Shown here in pieces: positions 45,954-56,344 of a stretch of 64,000 nucleotides of DNA (position 1 is the first letter of the stretch; each line of letters opens with the position of its first letter). The notes under the pieces were generated by a model. It was not told where the DNA came from. It did no database searches and saw only the letters and a program-made list of their open reading frames with translations. The stretch comes from Hyaloraphidium curvatum SAG 235-1. Taxonomy: Eukaryota; Fungi; Monoblepharomycota. The position numbers were made by a program, and so were the translations under genes. The stretch lies in NCBI GenBank assembly GCA_025558095.1, contig JAIVFI010000014.1, positions 558,001 to 622,000 of the forward strand, in the 5' to 3' direction.

Positions 45954-48760
45954 ATGGAGATGTTGGCGGCCGCGGGGACGGACGCGGGGAGGTCTGCCGG
46001 CCGGCCCGGGCAGCCGCACGGCTCGCCGCAGCCGCCGCCGCAAAGACACTGGCGGCACTCGTCGGCCGCGGACAAGGGCGGCGGCGCGGAGGCGGGCTTC
46101 GGCGACTCGGCCGCGACGCTGTCGCCCCCCGCCGCCGGAGTGCCCGGCCACGCCGCCGCGCTGGTCTCGCCGCCGCGCAAGCGCCACGCGCGCCCGAACG
46201 CAAACACAAACGGCACCGGCTTCCACCGCGGCCCGCGGATAGACGCGCCCGCCCTGGGGGCCGGCTGGGAGCTGTCGCCCGCCGCGGAGGCGCGGCTGTC
46301 CGCAGACATCGAGGCGCTGTACGACTCGCTGCTGCCGCCGGGGGACAACGTCATGCGGAGGTTCCAGGTCGGTGGGATGGCGGGCGGCCTCGGCGGTGCA
46401 TCTGACGCGGCGGCCTCGCCGTCGGGCTCCGCCTCCCGCCTCCAGTTCCGGGAGAAGCTGCAGGGCATCTTCGACCGCGAGTACCCGGGCCGCGACATCC
46501 GTGTGCACCTCTTCGGCTCTTCCATCTCGGGCCTGGCGGCGTCCTACTCGGACGTGGACGTGTGCATCGAGACGCCGTGGGACGACCGGATCAACGGCGT
46601 GGCAAACATGTTCGTGCTCGCCGGCACGCTGCGCAGGCACGGCATGTCCATCACCCAGGTGGTCAACTCGGCAAAGGTGCCCGTGTGCAAGTTTTTCGAC
46701 CCGGAGTTTGGCATCTGCTGCGACGCGAACGTCAACAACACGCTGTCGCTCAAGAACACCGAGCTCGTGCGGTCGTACGTCGCGATCGGTCGGTGGAATC
46801 CCGCGAGCGACGTCCTCCTTTCTGACGGTGTCGTTCTTCGGCTGGTTGCACCAACAGATCCTCGGGTTCGCAAGCTCTGCGTCGTCATCAAGCACTGGGC
46901 CAAGCGAAGACAGCTGAACGACGGTATGCTTTCACTTGTCGCCCTGTCCCCGTTTTGCTCACCCGTGCTTTGGTAGCCGCCAAGGGCGGAACGCTCAGCT
47001 CCTACTGCTGGGTCATGATGATCATCCACTTTTTGCAGACGCGCAATCCCCCCCTCCTGCCGTGCCTGCACGCCCTCTACGACGGCCCGCCCGAGCTGTC
47101 GCCCGAGGGCGTCGACACGGCCTTTTACACGGACATCGAGGAGCTGCAGCTCTCTGGATTTTCCCTGCGCAACGGCGAGTCCCTCGGCGGCCTGCTGTTC
47201 CGCTTCTTCCGCCGCTTCGCCATCGAGTTCGACTACGAGACGATGGTCGTGAGCGTGCGCACGGGCGAGCTTTTGCGCAAGTCGGAAAAGGGCTGGGACG
47301 TGGACATGGCCCGGCACAACAACTTCCTCGCGGTCGAGGAACCCTTCGACCCGCGGCGCAACCTGGCCAACTCGGCCGATTTCTACTCGGTCGTCGGCCT
47401 GCGGGGCGAGTTCCGCCGCGCGTTCGAGGTGCTGCTCGGCGGCGGCACGCTGGAGCAGGCCAACGCGCGGTACGTGTTCCCCGGGGACCCTCCCGGGTCG
47501 CCCAACCCGGACGGCGTGCAGCTGCACCTCCAGCTGGCCGGCTCGCTGTTCCCGGGCAAAGGGTACCGCAGCGGCGCGCCGACCCCGAAAAAGGCCAACG
47601 GCGCGCCGCCCGGCGAGCCGCAACCCCCGCCGACGCCCCCCGCGGAGCGCGAGAACGGGGAACACCACGCGCGCTCGGCCTCCTTCGCCGGCATCGAGTT
47701 TGCGGTCGGCAAGGACGGCCTCCCCTTTGTCGTGCAGGCGAACCCGTACCACCACATCAGCTACCGCTTCGTCGCCCCGCAGCCAGGCGAGCTGCAGTTC
47801 CACCCGCCGCACGGCCTGCTCGCGCCGGATTTTTCCTCCATGGGCGCGGCGCAGTACGTCGAGCTGGCGCCGTACTACCAGGCCGCGGCTGCGGAGCGGC
47901 AGGGCCGTTACCTCGCGGTCCACGCCGACGCAGGGAGGCGGCATTCTTCCGTCGACAGGGCGGCCCGGCCCGCGGGGCAGGGGATGCGGGGCGCGCTGCG
48001 CGCGCAGGCGATGAGCGAGACCGCGAGCCCGCAGTGGAAGCCCGCCGCGGATGCCGAACGGGGCGCGGGGAGCCCGCCCAAGGAGGTCGAGGTGCTGGAG
48101 CTCGCGCTGCCCGCGACGGCGCAGGGCCCGTCGCCGGCGAGCGAGTCGTCGTACGCGGATTCGGCGGAGGGGGATCCCGAGTCCAGCTCGTCGGGCGCGA
48201 GCAGGACGCCGTCGCCGCCGCCGGAGCGGCAGGGAAAGAGCCCCAAGGCCGGCGGGAAGCCGCGGCGCACGCTCTTGTGGACCAACAGCTCGGTGCGCGC
48301 GTCGACGGACATGGTGATGGGCGCCGAGGAGCTGTTCACGCCGCGGGCACCGGGGGAGAGGGACAGGGACAGGGACGGGAAAGCGGGTGAGGAACGGAAG
48401 GGAAAGCCGGCGGCCAACGGCAAGCCAAAGGCCAACGGGGCGCCGCCGGGCAAGCCGCAGGCCAACGGGTCCGCGGCGCCCGCCAAGCCGCAGGCCAACG
48501 GATCCGCGGCGCCCGCCAAACCGCACGCCAACGGATCCGGGGCGAAACTGCAGGCCAACGGCACCGCGGCCGCCCCCGCGCGCGCCGGCGCGGCGGCCAA
48601 GCACCGCGCCGCGTCGTTCGGCAACAGCTTCGCGAGCCTCGAGGCGCCCTCCTCGCAGCCCGCGGCGCCGGCGCGGGGGGAGCCGGTGGTCCGCGCCATG
48701 TCGTGGGCGGCGGTGGTCGCCAAGCCGACATCGCGCGAGGCGGCAGAGAGGGAAGAGTGA
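45954..48760 (+). CDS. Non-canonical poly(A) polymerase, Cid13/Cid1 family
   Basis: FGSS..SDVDVC, AKVPVCK, GGTLSSYCW, VEEPFDPRRNLANSAD. Confidence 0.92.
48402..48570 (+). repeat. Coding tandem repeat KPxANG(SAAPA)
   Basis: About six degenerate copies; core unit AAGCCGCAGGCCAACGGRTCCGCGGCGCCCGCC (33 bp). Confidence 0.85.
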
Positions 48761-49124
48761 TGGGGGTGGGAGTGGCGTGGGAAGAAAAAGCTCTGGAGCA
48801 GGGGTGGATCATGGCATGCGCATCTGCATTCGTAGCGCCGGCGTGTTGTAAAACATATCCCGTTAATTTTGGCTGTCCATCGTCACGGTGAATGCTGAGT
48901 GGATTCGGGAAGTCGATCTGCCCTTTGGGGGACGGGCTGGAGGCGATCGTTGCAGGGAAATGCGGTCCGAATTGCACAATGCATCATACGAGATAGAGCG
49001 CCGATAGGTATCTATGCCCCGCAGGGCCGGGATCTAGCGCGCCGCGCGCCCGCGGCGGCGCGAAACGAGTGCCGCAAAGCCCCTCCGCGTCCGAGCGCCC
49101 CCCCAAACCTTCCCCAACCGACGT

Positions 49125-51173
49125 TCAGTGGAATCCCGAGACGACCTTGCCCCAGAACTTCCTCAGCCCGCCCTTCTTCTTCCTCCCCCCGTCCGGCGCG
49201 CCGATCCCGACGGCCGTGCCGTCGCTCTCGAAGCTGTGCCGGTCCGAGTCGTCCCCCCCGCTCGAAGGCATCGACAGCGCGCTGTTGGTGCGCTGCGGGG
49301 CGGCAACGGGCTGCAATGCCGGGGACGAGGGTACGGAGGAGGGTGTGCCGGGGCGGCCCGAGGCGGCAGATGCCGGGCGCGCGGGGACGGCGCTCCCGGG
49401 GGCGGTCGAGGCGCCGAGGTTGCCCCCGCCGAACGGGATGGCGAGGCGCATGTTCCGGCTCTGCATCTTTGCGGCCACGAGGCGGGCCAGCTCGGCGAAG
49501 CAGCGCGCGTAGTTGCCCGCGTCGGCCAGCTCGCGGGTGGGGGTGACGAACGACGGCGTGGGGCGGGAGATGGGCACCCTCGGCGGCTGCCCGCCCGCCG
49601 CGAGCCACGGGTGCGCGAGCAGGGAGCGCGCGGTGATCTTGCCCTCGTTGTCGGGGTCCAGCACCGTCTTGAGGAAGTCCTCCGCCATCGCGCGCCTCTC
49701 GGGGTCCCACGAGTCGGGGAGCGGGAAGGGGCGCTCCTTCTTGCCCTTGAGGATGATCTCGCGCTGCAGCCGCGGGATGTCGGTCTCCTCGAAGGGGAAG
49801 CGGCACGTGGCCAGCCCGTAGAGGGTCACGCCAAAGGCCCACAGGTCCTGGTGGCCCTTTGCGGGGAGCATGCCGCCGTAGCCGTCCTCGAGCATCGCCA
49901 GCAAGGGGGGGGAGGCGTAGCTGGGGGTGCCGATGATCTCGACGAGGCGGACCTGCGGGTGGTAGAAGGTCGCGAGGCCGAAATCGATCACGGTGACCTT
50001 CTGCGTCGCGGGGTCGTAGAAGACGTTGTCGAGCTTGATGTCGCGGTGCAGGACCGAGTGCGTGTGCATGTGATCCAGGGCCGCGAGCAGCTGCGCGGCG
50101 ATGTTGCGGCACTCGTCCTCCGGGGCGCCGCCGATCTTTTCCGCGTACGAAAAGAGCTCCTCGCCGGGGGCGAGGCTCATCACCAGCTCCACGTGCGCGT
50201 CGCTGCGGTGGTACTCGTACAGCGTCGCCACGTTGGGGTGCGGCGGCAGCGCCATCATCACGGCGCCCTCGCGCAGCGCGAAAAAGTGCAGCCTGTCGCG
50301 GGGGTCCGCGGGCTCGGGGAACACGATCAGCTTGCACACGGCGGGCTGGCCCGTGGCGTAGTGCCGCGCCAGGCGGACGGTGGCGAAAGTGCCCGTGCCG
50401 GCGACGGGGCCGAGGTCGTAGTTGCCCACGCGGTCGGGGCCGTAGGCGGCGTCGTCCGAGAGGGATTTGCGGGGCAGCGGGGGTTCCGGCTTGAGGGCGG
50501 CGGCGGGGAGTGCGCCGGGGGGCACGGCGGAGAGGGGCGTCGAGGGCGGGAGGTCGACAGGGGGAACGACGGGCTCGGCGAGCGGGATGGGGAGGATCGA
50601 TGGGCGGCGCGAGCGGGTCGAAGGGAGGGGCGGCGGGGGCGCGGCCTGTGCGGCCGGCGACAGCAGCGATGCGAGCTCCTTCTGAGCGGCGACGAGGTCC
50701 GGCGGCGACGGCAGGATCACGCGCAGCGGCTCCGGCTGTTGTGCCGGGGGCGCCGTCACGTGCTTGCCGGGGGGGCCGTCCCACGCGGGCTCGGCCCTGC
50801 CGGGGTCGCCCGCGTCTGCCGAGACGACGGCAGCGTACGTGCTCGCGGCCTCCCTCGCGGCGTCCCTCTCAGCGTCCGTCCTGTCTTTGGGCACCTCGGT
50901 CGCCGTGCGCGCGTGGCGCGCGGTCGCCGCCCGCACCAGGTCCTCCGACGACGCCGACCGCCCGAAGCCGGCGATCGAGCGGCGCGCCTGCAGCACCGAG
51001 TCGGGCACGGACAGCTGCCGCGCGACCGGCGGCGGCAGCATCGACGCCCGCCGAGAAGGCATCGCTATCGTCACCGCGCGCTCCTCCCACTCGGACAGGT
51101 CGGGCGGCGGCGCCGCCTCGGGGACGGCCATCGCGGGGGCACTGTCGTCGGCCGGCGGCTCCTCCGCGGCCAT
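49125..51173 (-). CDS. Ser/Thr protein kinase, CAMK/AMPK-related, intronless
   Basis: GTGTFATV, VCK, HRDIKLDN, DFG, GTPSYASP, DLWAFGV. Confidence 0.92.
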   Translation of the reverse strand: MAAEEPPADDSAPAMAVPEAAPPPDLSEWEERAVTIAMPSRRASMLPPPVARQLSVPDSVLQARRSIAGFGRSASSEDLVRAATARHARTATEVPKDRTDAERDAAREAASTYAAVVSADAGDPGRAEPAWDGPPGKHVTAPPAQQPEPLRVILPSPPDLVAAQKELASLLSPAAQAAPPPPLPSTRSRRPSILPIPLAEPVVPPVDLPPSTPLSAVPPGALPAAALKPEPPLPRKSLSDDAAYGPDRVGNYDLGPVAGTGTFATVRLARHYATGQPAVCKLIVFPEPADPRDRLHFFALREGAVMMALPPHPNVATLYEYHRSDAHVELVMSLAPGEELFSYAEKIGGAPEDECRNIAAQLLAALDHMHTHSVLHRDIKLDNVFYDPATQKVTVIDFGLATFYHPQVRLVEIIGTPSYASPPLLAMLEDGYGGMLPAKGHQDLWAFGVTLYGLATCRFPFEETDIPRLQREIILKGKKERPFPLPDSWDPERRAMAEDFLKTVLDPDNEGKITARSLLAHPWLAAGGQPPRVPISRPTPSFVTPTRELADAGNYARCFAELARLVAAKMQSRNMRLAIPFGGGNLGASTAPGSAVPARPASAASGRPGTPSSVPSSPALQPVAAPQRTNSALSMPSSGGDDSDRHSFESDGTAVGIGAPDGGRKKKGGLRKFWGKVVSGFH

Positions 51174-52247
51174 CTCGCTCGGGCGGATGAGTAAGGGTTG
51201 CCGTGACGTTGTCGGGTTTGCCCTCGTGATCACTGCGGAACAATGGTCCTGCCGCCCCGCTTCCTCGGCTTGAACGATCCCCCGGCCCATCCGGCGTTGT
51301 CCCGGGCCGGCCAAACCCGTGGCCCCGAGCCTTTTTCGCCGGAACCCATCCACCAACGAGCTTGCCCCAACCAGTGCCCGCAGCTACCGCCCGCCGCCGG
51401 CCAGCGCCTCCAGCCTGCCCAGGATCTCCTCCAACTCGACCACCTCCCCCCGCATGGCCTCGGCGGCACCCCGCTCCGCACGCAGCCGCCTCAGCAGCTC
51501 GTCGTTGGCCTCGCGGAGATCCGCCAGGACGTCCGGGAAGGCGGGGGCCGAAGGGTCGCCCAAAAGGGAGAGGGGAGGGGCCGAGGGGGACTGCCGGCAC
51601 CAACATCAGCACGAGCTGTCATTTGACGACGCAGGAAAGTTGGACGCACCTCCTCCGGCCTCGCATCGCCCCGCCTCGCGCCGCCGTCGCGCTCCTCCGC
51701 GCGTGACCCGCGTCCCGAGCTCCTGCTTCCCCTCCCCGGTGGGGCCCCGCTCCCCCTCCGCTCCCCGCTGCCCGCGCGCGGATCATCGAAGGGCGTTTCG
51801 CCGGCAGGGAGGGGAGGGGCGGGGTGGGTCTTGGAGGGTACGGGGGAGGGGTCCGAGGGAGGGCGGTCGCCGAGCATTGTCCGAGGGCGGTGCGGAACCC
51901 GCGTGCCAAGCAGAGGGATGAAAAGCGAACGAAGAGAGTCTTGGAGGGCCGTCCGACTTTACTGGTCCGAGAGCGAAAAGAGGTGTCGGCCGCGCGGTGC
52001 GCGGAACGGGAAACGCGTCCACAGGACGCACTACTGTTCGTGTCGCCCACCGGGAGGCGCGCGTCCCGGCCCGTTCCCGCCCGTGCCTCTGAAGGATCGC
52101 GCGTGGATACGCCATTTTCCTGCGCCGCCGGCCCGGGATTCTTCGAGCCGGCCGTCCTGCACTCTGCTTCCGCCCTTTCCCGCTCCGACGTGCACCGTCG
52201 ACGCAGCGCCCGTTCGTCCACCGCTTCTTGCCCACGACCTCGAAAAA

Positions 52248-53456
52248 ATGCCCGGGAGCGCCAACGACGGCGCCGACGCGGGCGCAAACGCGGACACCGT
52301 CACCACCATCCCGCGCTTCAAGTCCCACGTCTCCCCCCCCGCGACGGCCTCCGCCCCCTCCAACCCCCGCCTGCTCGCACCCAGCCCGCAGCTCAACCTC
52401 ACCGTCGCCGCCTCCTTTGCGGGGTTCGCGGACGCCAACTTCCCCCTCGACGACGCCGGCCGCACGTACCACGTCGGCCTAAAGAGGGGAGAAGTCTGCA
52501 ACCGCATCCTCACGGTCGGCGACACCACCCGCGCCCTCCAGATCGCCACCCACCTCGACGCCCACCCGCAGCCCTTTGCCCACACCTCCAAGCGCCACTT
52601 CACCACCGTCACCGGGCGCTTCCGCGGCGTCCCCGTGTCGATCCTCGCGATCGGGATGGGCGGGCCCAACATGGACTTCTTCGTCCGCGAGGTGCGCGAG
52701 GTCGTCGACGGGCCCATGGCGGTGATCCGCCTGGGCACGTGCGGGTGCGTCGGCTCGTTCGAGCTCGCGGGGCCCAACGGCGGCGGGGAGGACAGGACGG
52801 GCAAGGTGGCGGTGGCGGACGAGTGCGTGCTCGTGGAAAGGAACTACGACTACTTCCTCGACGCCGTCGGGGAGCCCTACAGGGTGTCGAGGGCGGTGCC
52901 GGGGGACGCGCGGCTCACCGCCGGGCTGAAGGAGCGGCTCGAGGCGAGGATGGGGAGCGAGAGGGTGATGGTCGGGTTGAACGCGGCCGCGGACTCGTTC
53001 TACGGGTCGCAGGCGCGCAGGGACCGCAACACGGTGGATGCCAACCACGATCTGCTGCGGACCGTGAGGGAGAAGCACCCGGGGCTGCTGACGTTCGAGA
53101 TGGAGACGTACCACCTGTTCAGCTTCGGCTTGGTGTGCCTTGGGAGGGATCTGGAGGGGTCGGCGGAGGAGATCATCAGGAGGAGGAACGAGGGGGGGCT
53201 CAAGCCGACGGTGTTGGCGGCGGGTGCGCACATCGTCGTCGGTGGGTCGCCTGCCGACCGAAATCCGCCGGCTGCCCGTTCACGCCGTTCCGATCCGGCA
53301 GCCGATCGCGTGACCAACGACTTCATCGCGCCCGCGGTGCTGCTCGAGGCGCAGAAGGAGGCGGGGATGGCGGCGCTCGAGGCGCTGGCGGCTTACGAGT
53401 TCGAGGAAGGGGAAGAGGCGCTGCACCCGGAGAGGGGGAGCGTTTGGGAGCTGTGA
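52248..53456 (+). CDS. Uridine/purine nucleoside phosphorylase
   Basis: GRTYHVG, NRILTVGD, IGMGGPNMDF, IRLGTCG, DSFYGSQAR, FEMET; intron 53242-53301. Confidence 0.9.
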   Translation: MPGSANDGADAGANADTVTTIPRFKSHVSPPATASAPSNPRLLAPSPQLNLTVAASFAGFADANFPLDDAGRTYHVGLKRGEVCNRILTVGDTTRALQIATHLDAHPQPFAHTSKRHFTTVTGRFRGVPVSILAIGMGGPNMDFFVREVREVVDGPMAVIRLGTCGCVGSFELAGPNGGGEDRTGKVAVADECVLVERNYDYFLDAVGEPYRVSRAVPGDARLTAGLKERLEARMGSERVMVGLNAAADSFYGSQARRDRNTVDANHDLLRTVREKHPGLLTFEMETYHLFSFGLVCLGRDLEGSAEEIIRRRNEGGLKPTVLAAGAHIVVGGSPADRNPPAARSRRSDPAADRVTNDFIAPAVLLEAQKEAGMAALEALAAYEFEEGEEALHPERGSVWEL

Positions 53457-53870
53457 TTGACGGACGGGTTGGCGGAAATGTACGGGACCGGATGCAGGAG
53501 CGCGAGATGGAGGGAGGTGATCACTCGTTCGCGGCGGGGCGCCCGAGGTAGAGGATGGGCTGCACGTTCGAGCTCCAGACGGGATGAAGTAGACCGTCAG
53601 AATCGTCGGAACAAGTGCTGCGGAAGCCCGGCAAGGCCGATCGTGCGCAACGCCGTTTGGGGCGTTGCGCCCCGAAAGGGGAAGATTGCTGGCCGCGCGT
53701 CGTGCGCCCCGCCGGCCGACTTTCAGGGACCAACAAACACGCGGACGCGGAAGCTCGCAGGCCTCCTCACCGGCCGTTGAGGACCTTCCCGTTTACATTT
53801 CGGGACCCTACTTCCTCCCTGCTCCCACCTCCGGGCGTTCTCCGCCTCCCCCGCCCCCCGCGAACGCGCA

Positions 53871-56057
53871 ATGGCCGCCCCGCTCGGCGGACCGCAGATC
53901 CAGGGCAAGGCGCCCATCGTCCCGCTCGACACGGTCGAGAAGCTCTCCGTCCCCGTGGCGGAGCCCGTGCAGAACGGGAACCAGTGGGGGATCGGCGATT
54001 GGGGCGGGGATCCGAACGCACCGGACAACTATGCGGCGTTCGACAAGGTGGGGCCGGTGGGAGGGGATTCGCGGCGCCGGGAGGGCTCACGGACGTCCTC
54101 CGGCACAGGCCATCAAGGATTTTGCCAAGAGCAAGCCCGGGGAGAAGCTCCAGCTCGCTCCTGCGGTCTACAAGTTCACGACGGAGAACATCTTCTATAT
54201 TCGGGTGGGTTCGGCCCCGCCGCCCCCGCAGCAGGTGCCAATATCTTATTCCCGCCCGTCATGGCCCCCGCCAGAACATGCACGACGTCGTCATTGACGG
54301 CCAGGGCGCCACGTTGATGTTCCACCGCGCCACAAAGCCTTGTCCGTTCATTCAGTTTGACAACTGCTATAACGTTAAGCTTGTGAACCTGAATGTGGAC
54401 TGGGACTGGAGCAAATCCCGCGTCGCGAGCCTGGTGCGGGTCATCGCGGCAACTGCAACTAGTTGGACGCTCGATTTCCTCGAGGTGCCCGGTAAGCCTG
54501 CGTCAGGCCCCTCTCTGCGCGAAGCCCTTACGCTCCCCAGACATCAACCCCGCGACCCTGCTGCAGACCGTCGACATGCACCCCGTCAACGAGGCCACCA
54601 TGACCGTGGGCCAGTACGGGATCATCGAGTTCTGGGACCTCAAGGGCACCACGTACGCCAAGGTGCCCGGCAAGCCCAGCCAGCTGGTCGCCACGCTGCC
54701 CCGCGCGATCCCCAAGGGGCCGCCGGTGGGCCAGACGTACCTGCTGAGGCACTACACCTACGAGGGCCACGGCCTGGTGTTCTACAACTCCAACAACATC
54801 ACCTTCGAGAACTTCAACATCTGGTCGACCATCGGCATGGGCGTCGTGCTCGAGAACAACAGCCATTCGTTCGCGTTCCGGAACTTCAAGTGGGATCGCT
54901 CGCTCTGCGCTTTTTGGGCAACCGCTGATCGTTTTCCAGGATCACCAAGCACCCGACCGAGAAGCGGCTGATCTCGGCCGCGGCGGACGGGATCCACTGC
55001 AACAAGTCGCTGGGCAAGATCATCCTCGACAAGTGCGAGATCATGTACCAGGGCGACGACGCGCTCAACGTCCACGACCCCATCAAGAGGGGCTTCACGG
55101 TGACGGGACCCGAGTGGGTGGCAATCGGGCTCGGTTTGCCGGCGGCAGAGCGCTGACGCACGTGCAGCACCATGACCTTGGACAAGCTACCCCACTGGAA
55201 GATGGACTTCATGCCCGGCGACCCGATCGAGATCGTCAAGGGCGACTTTTCCCCCGTCCCGTACGCCTCGCTCGTCAAGGCCGCCACGCAGCCCAAGGGC
55301 GGCGAGACCTGGACGGTGCAGATGTCGGACCCGCTCCCCTTCCCCGCCGGCACCGACACGAGCAAACACATTGTGCTCAACCACCGCTGGAGCGCGGGCA
55401 ACGTCATCGTGCAGAACAGCAAGTTCGGGGCCAACCGCGCCCGCGGCCTGCTGCTCGAGTGCCACACGGTGCTGGTGCAGAACAATCACTTCTGGAGGAC
55501 GCAGCTGTCGGCGATCCGGATCGAGGCGGACGTGGGGGAGTGGGACGAGGGTGTGGGGACGAAGAACGTCGTCATCATGAACAACGTGTTTGAGGGTGGG
55601 TTGCCGTGGGATGTTGATTGGCCCGGCTGACGGTACTTTGGCAGACTGCGACGTTCAAAACTGGGGCCACGGCGTGCTCTGGATGGGTGCCGGCTCGCCG
55701 GCAAAGGAGAACCAGACCACGACGCCGTTCCACTGCAACATCCGGGTCAAGAACAACGAGTTCGTCAACAGTGGGTTTCGCGCCGTCTCGCCGTGCCGAT
55801 CGTGGCTGACCTGCCCGCCAGTGCCCGGTGCCGTCGTCAACGCCCGATCGTGCGGCGACGTGGAGGTGTTTGGTAACAAGATCGTGCCGCCCGGCCAGGC
55901 AGGCACGGTCGGCATCGCCGGGATCGGGAAGCGCGGGCTGCCCGGCGGGGGCGTCGACCCCAATTCGCTGATCAGGATCGATGCCGCGGCGCCGGGTGTC
56001 AAGGTGCAGGGCAACGGCACTAACGTGGAGCTGCCCGTGTTCCAGATCCAGTCGTGA
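53871..56057 (+). CDS. Right-handed beta-helix protein, GH110 (alpha-1,3-galactosidase)-like; multi-exon
   Basis: IDGQGATLMFH, NVKLVNLNVDWD, RLISAAADGIHC, YQGDDALNVH, NRARGLL. Confidence 0.75.
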
Positions 56058-56344
56058 TCGGACGGATGCGAAGCTGCCCCGCCGACAGCTGCCTGGCGAG
56101 GATAGATTGTTGTCTCTGCTGTATCTAACTCCGTCGTCTTTTGATATCCTCTGAACTGCGCGCCATGTCACTTCCAGTCAGACTCGCCGGGGTCCAGGGT
56201 CCAGCGGTCGCGACGCATTCCTTCTGCGCCACTTGTGAGCGCCATCATCGCGCGTTCGCCCCGCCGCGTACATCCCCGGATCCGCTTTCTCATCGTGCCA
56301 GCCCCGCTCACTGACATGGACGGACCGCCCGGTGGTGTGCGAGA

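Noticed and set aside
46544-53551. Long antisense and alternate-frame ORFs (686, 688, 590, 575 aa)
   Set aside because: Shadows of real genes caused by high GC3 codon bias
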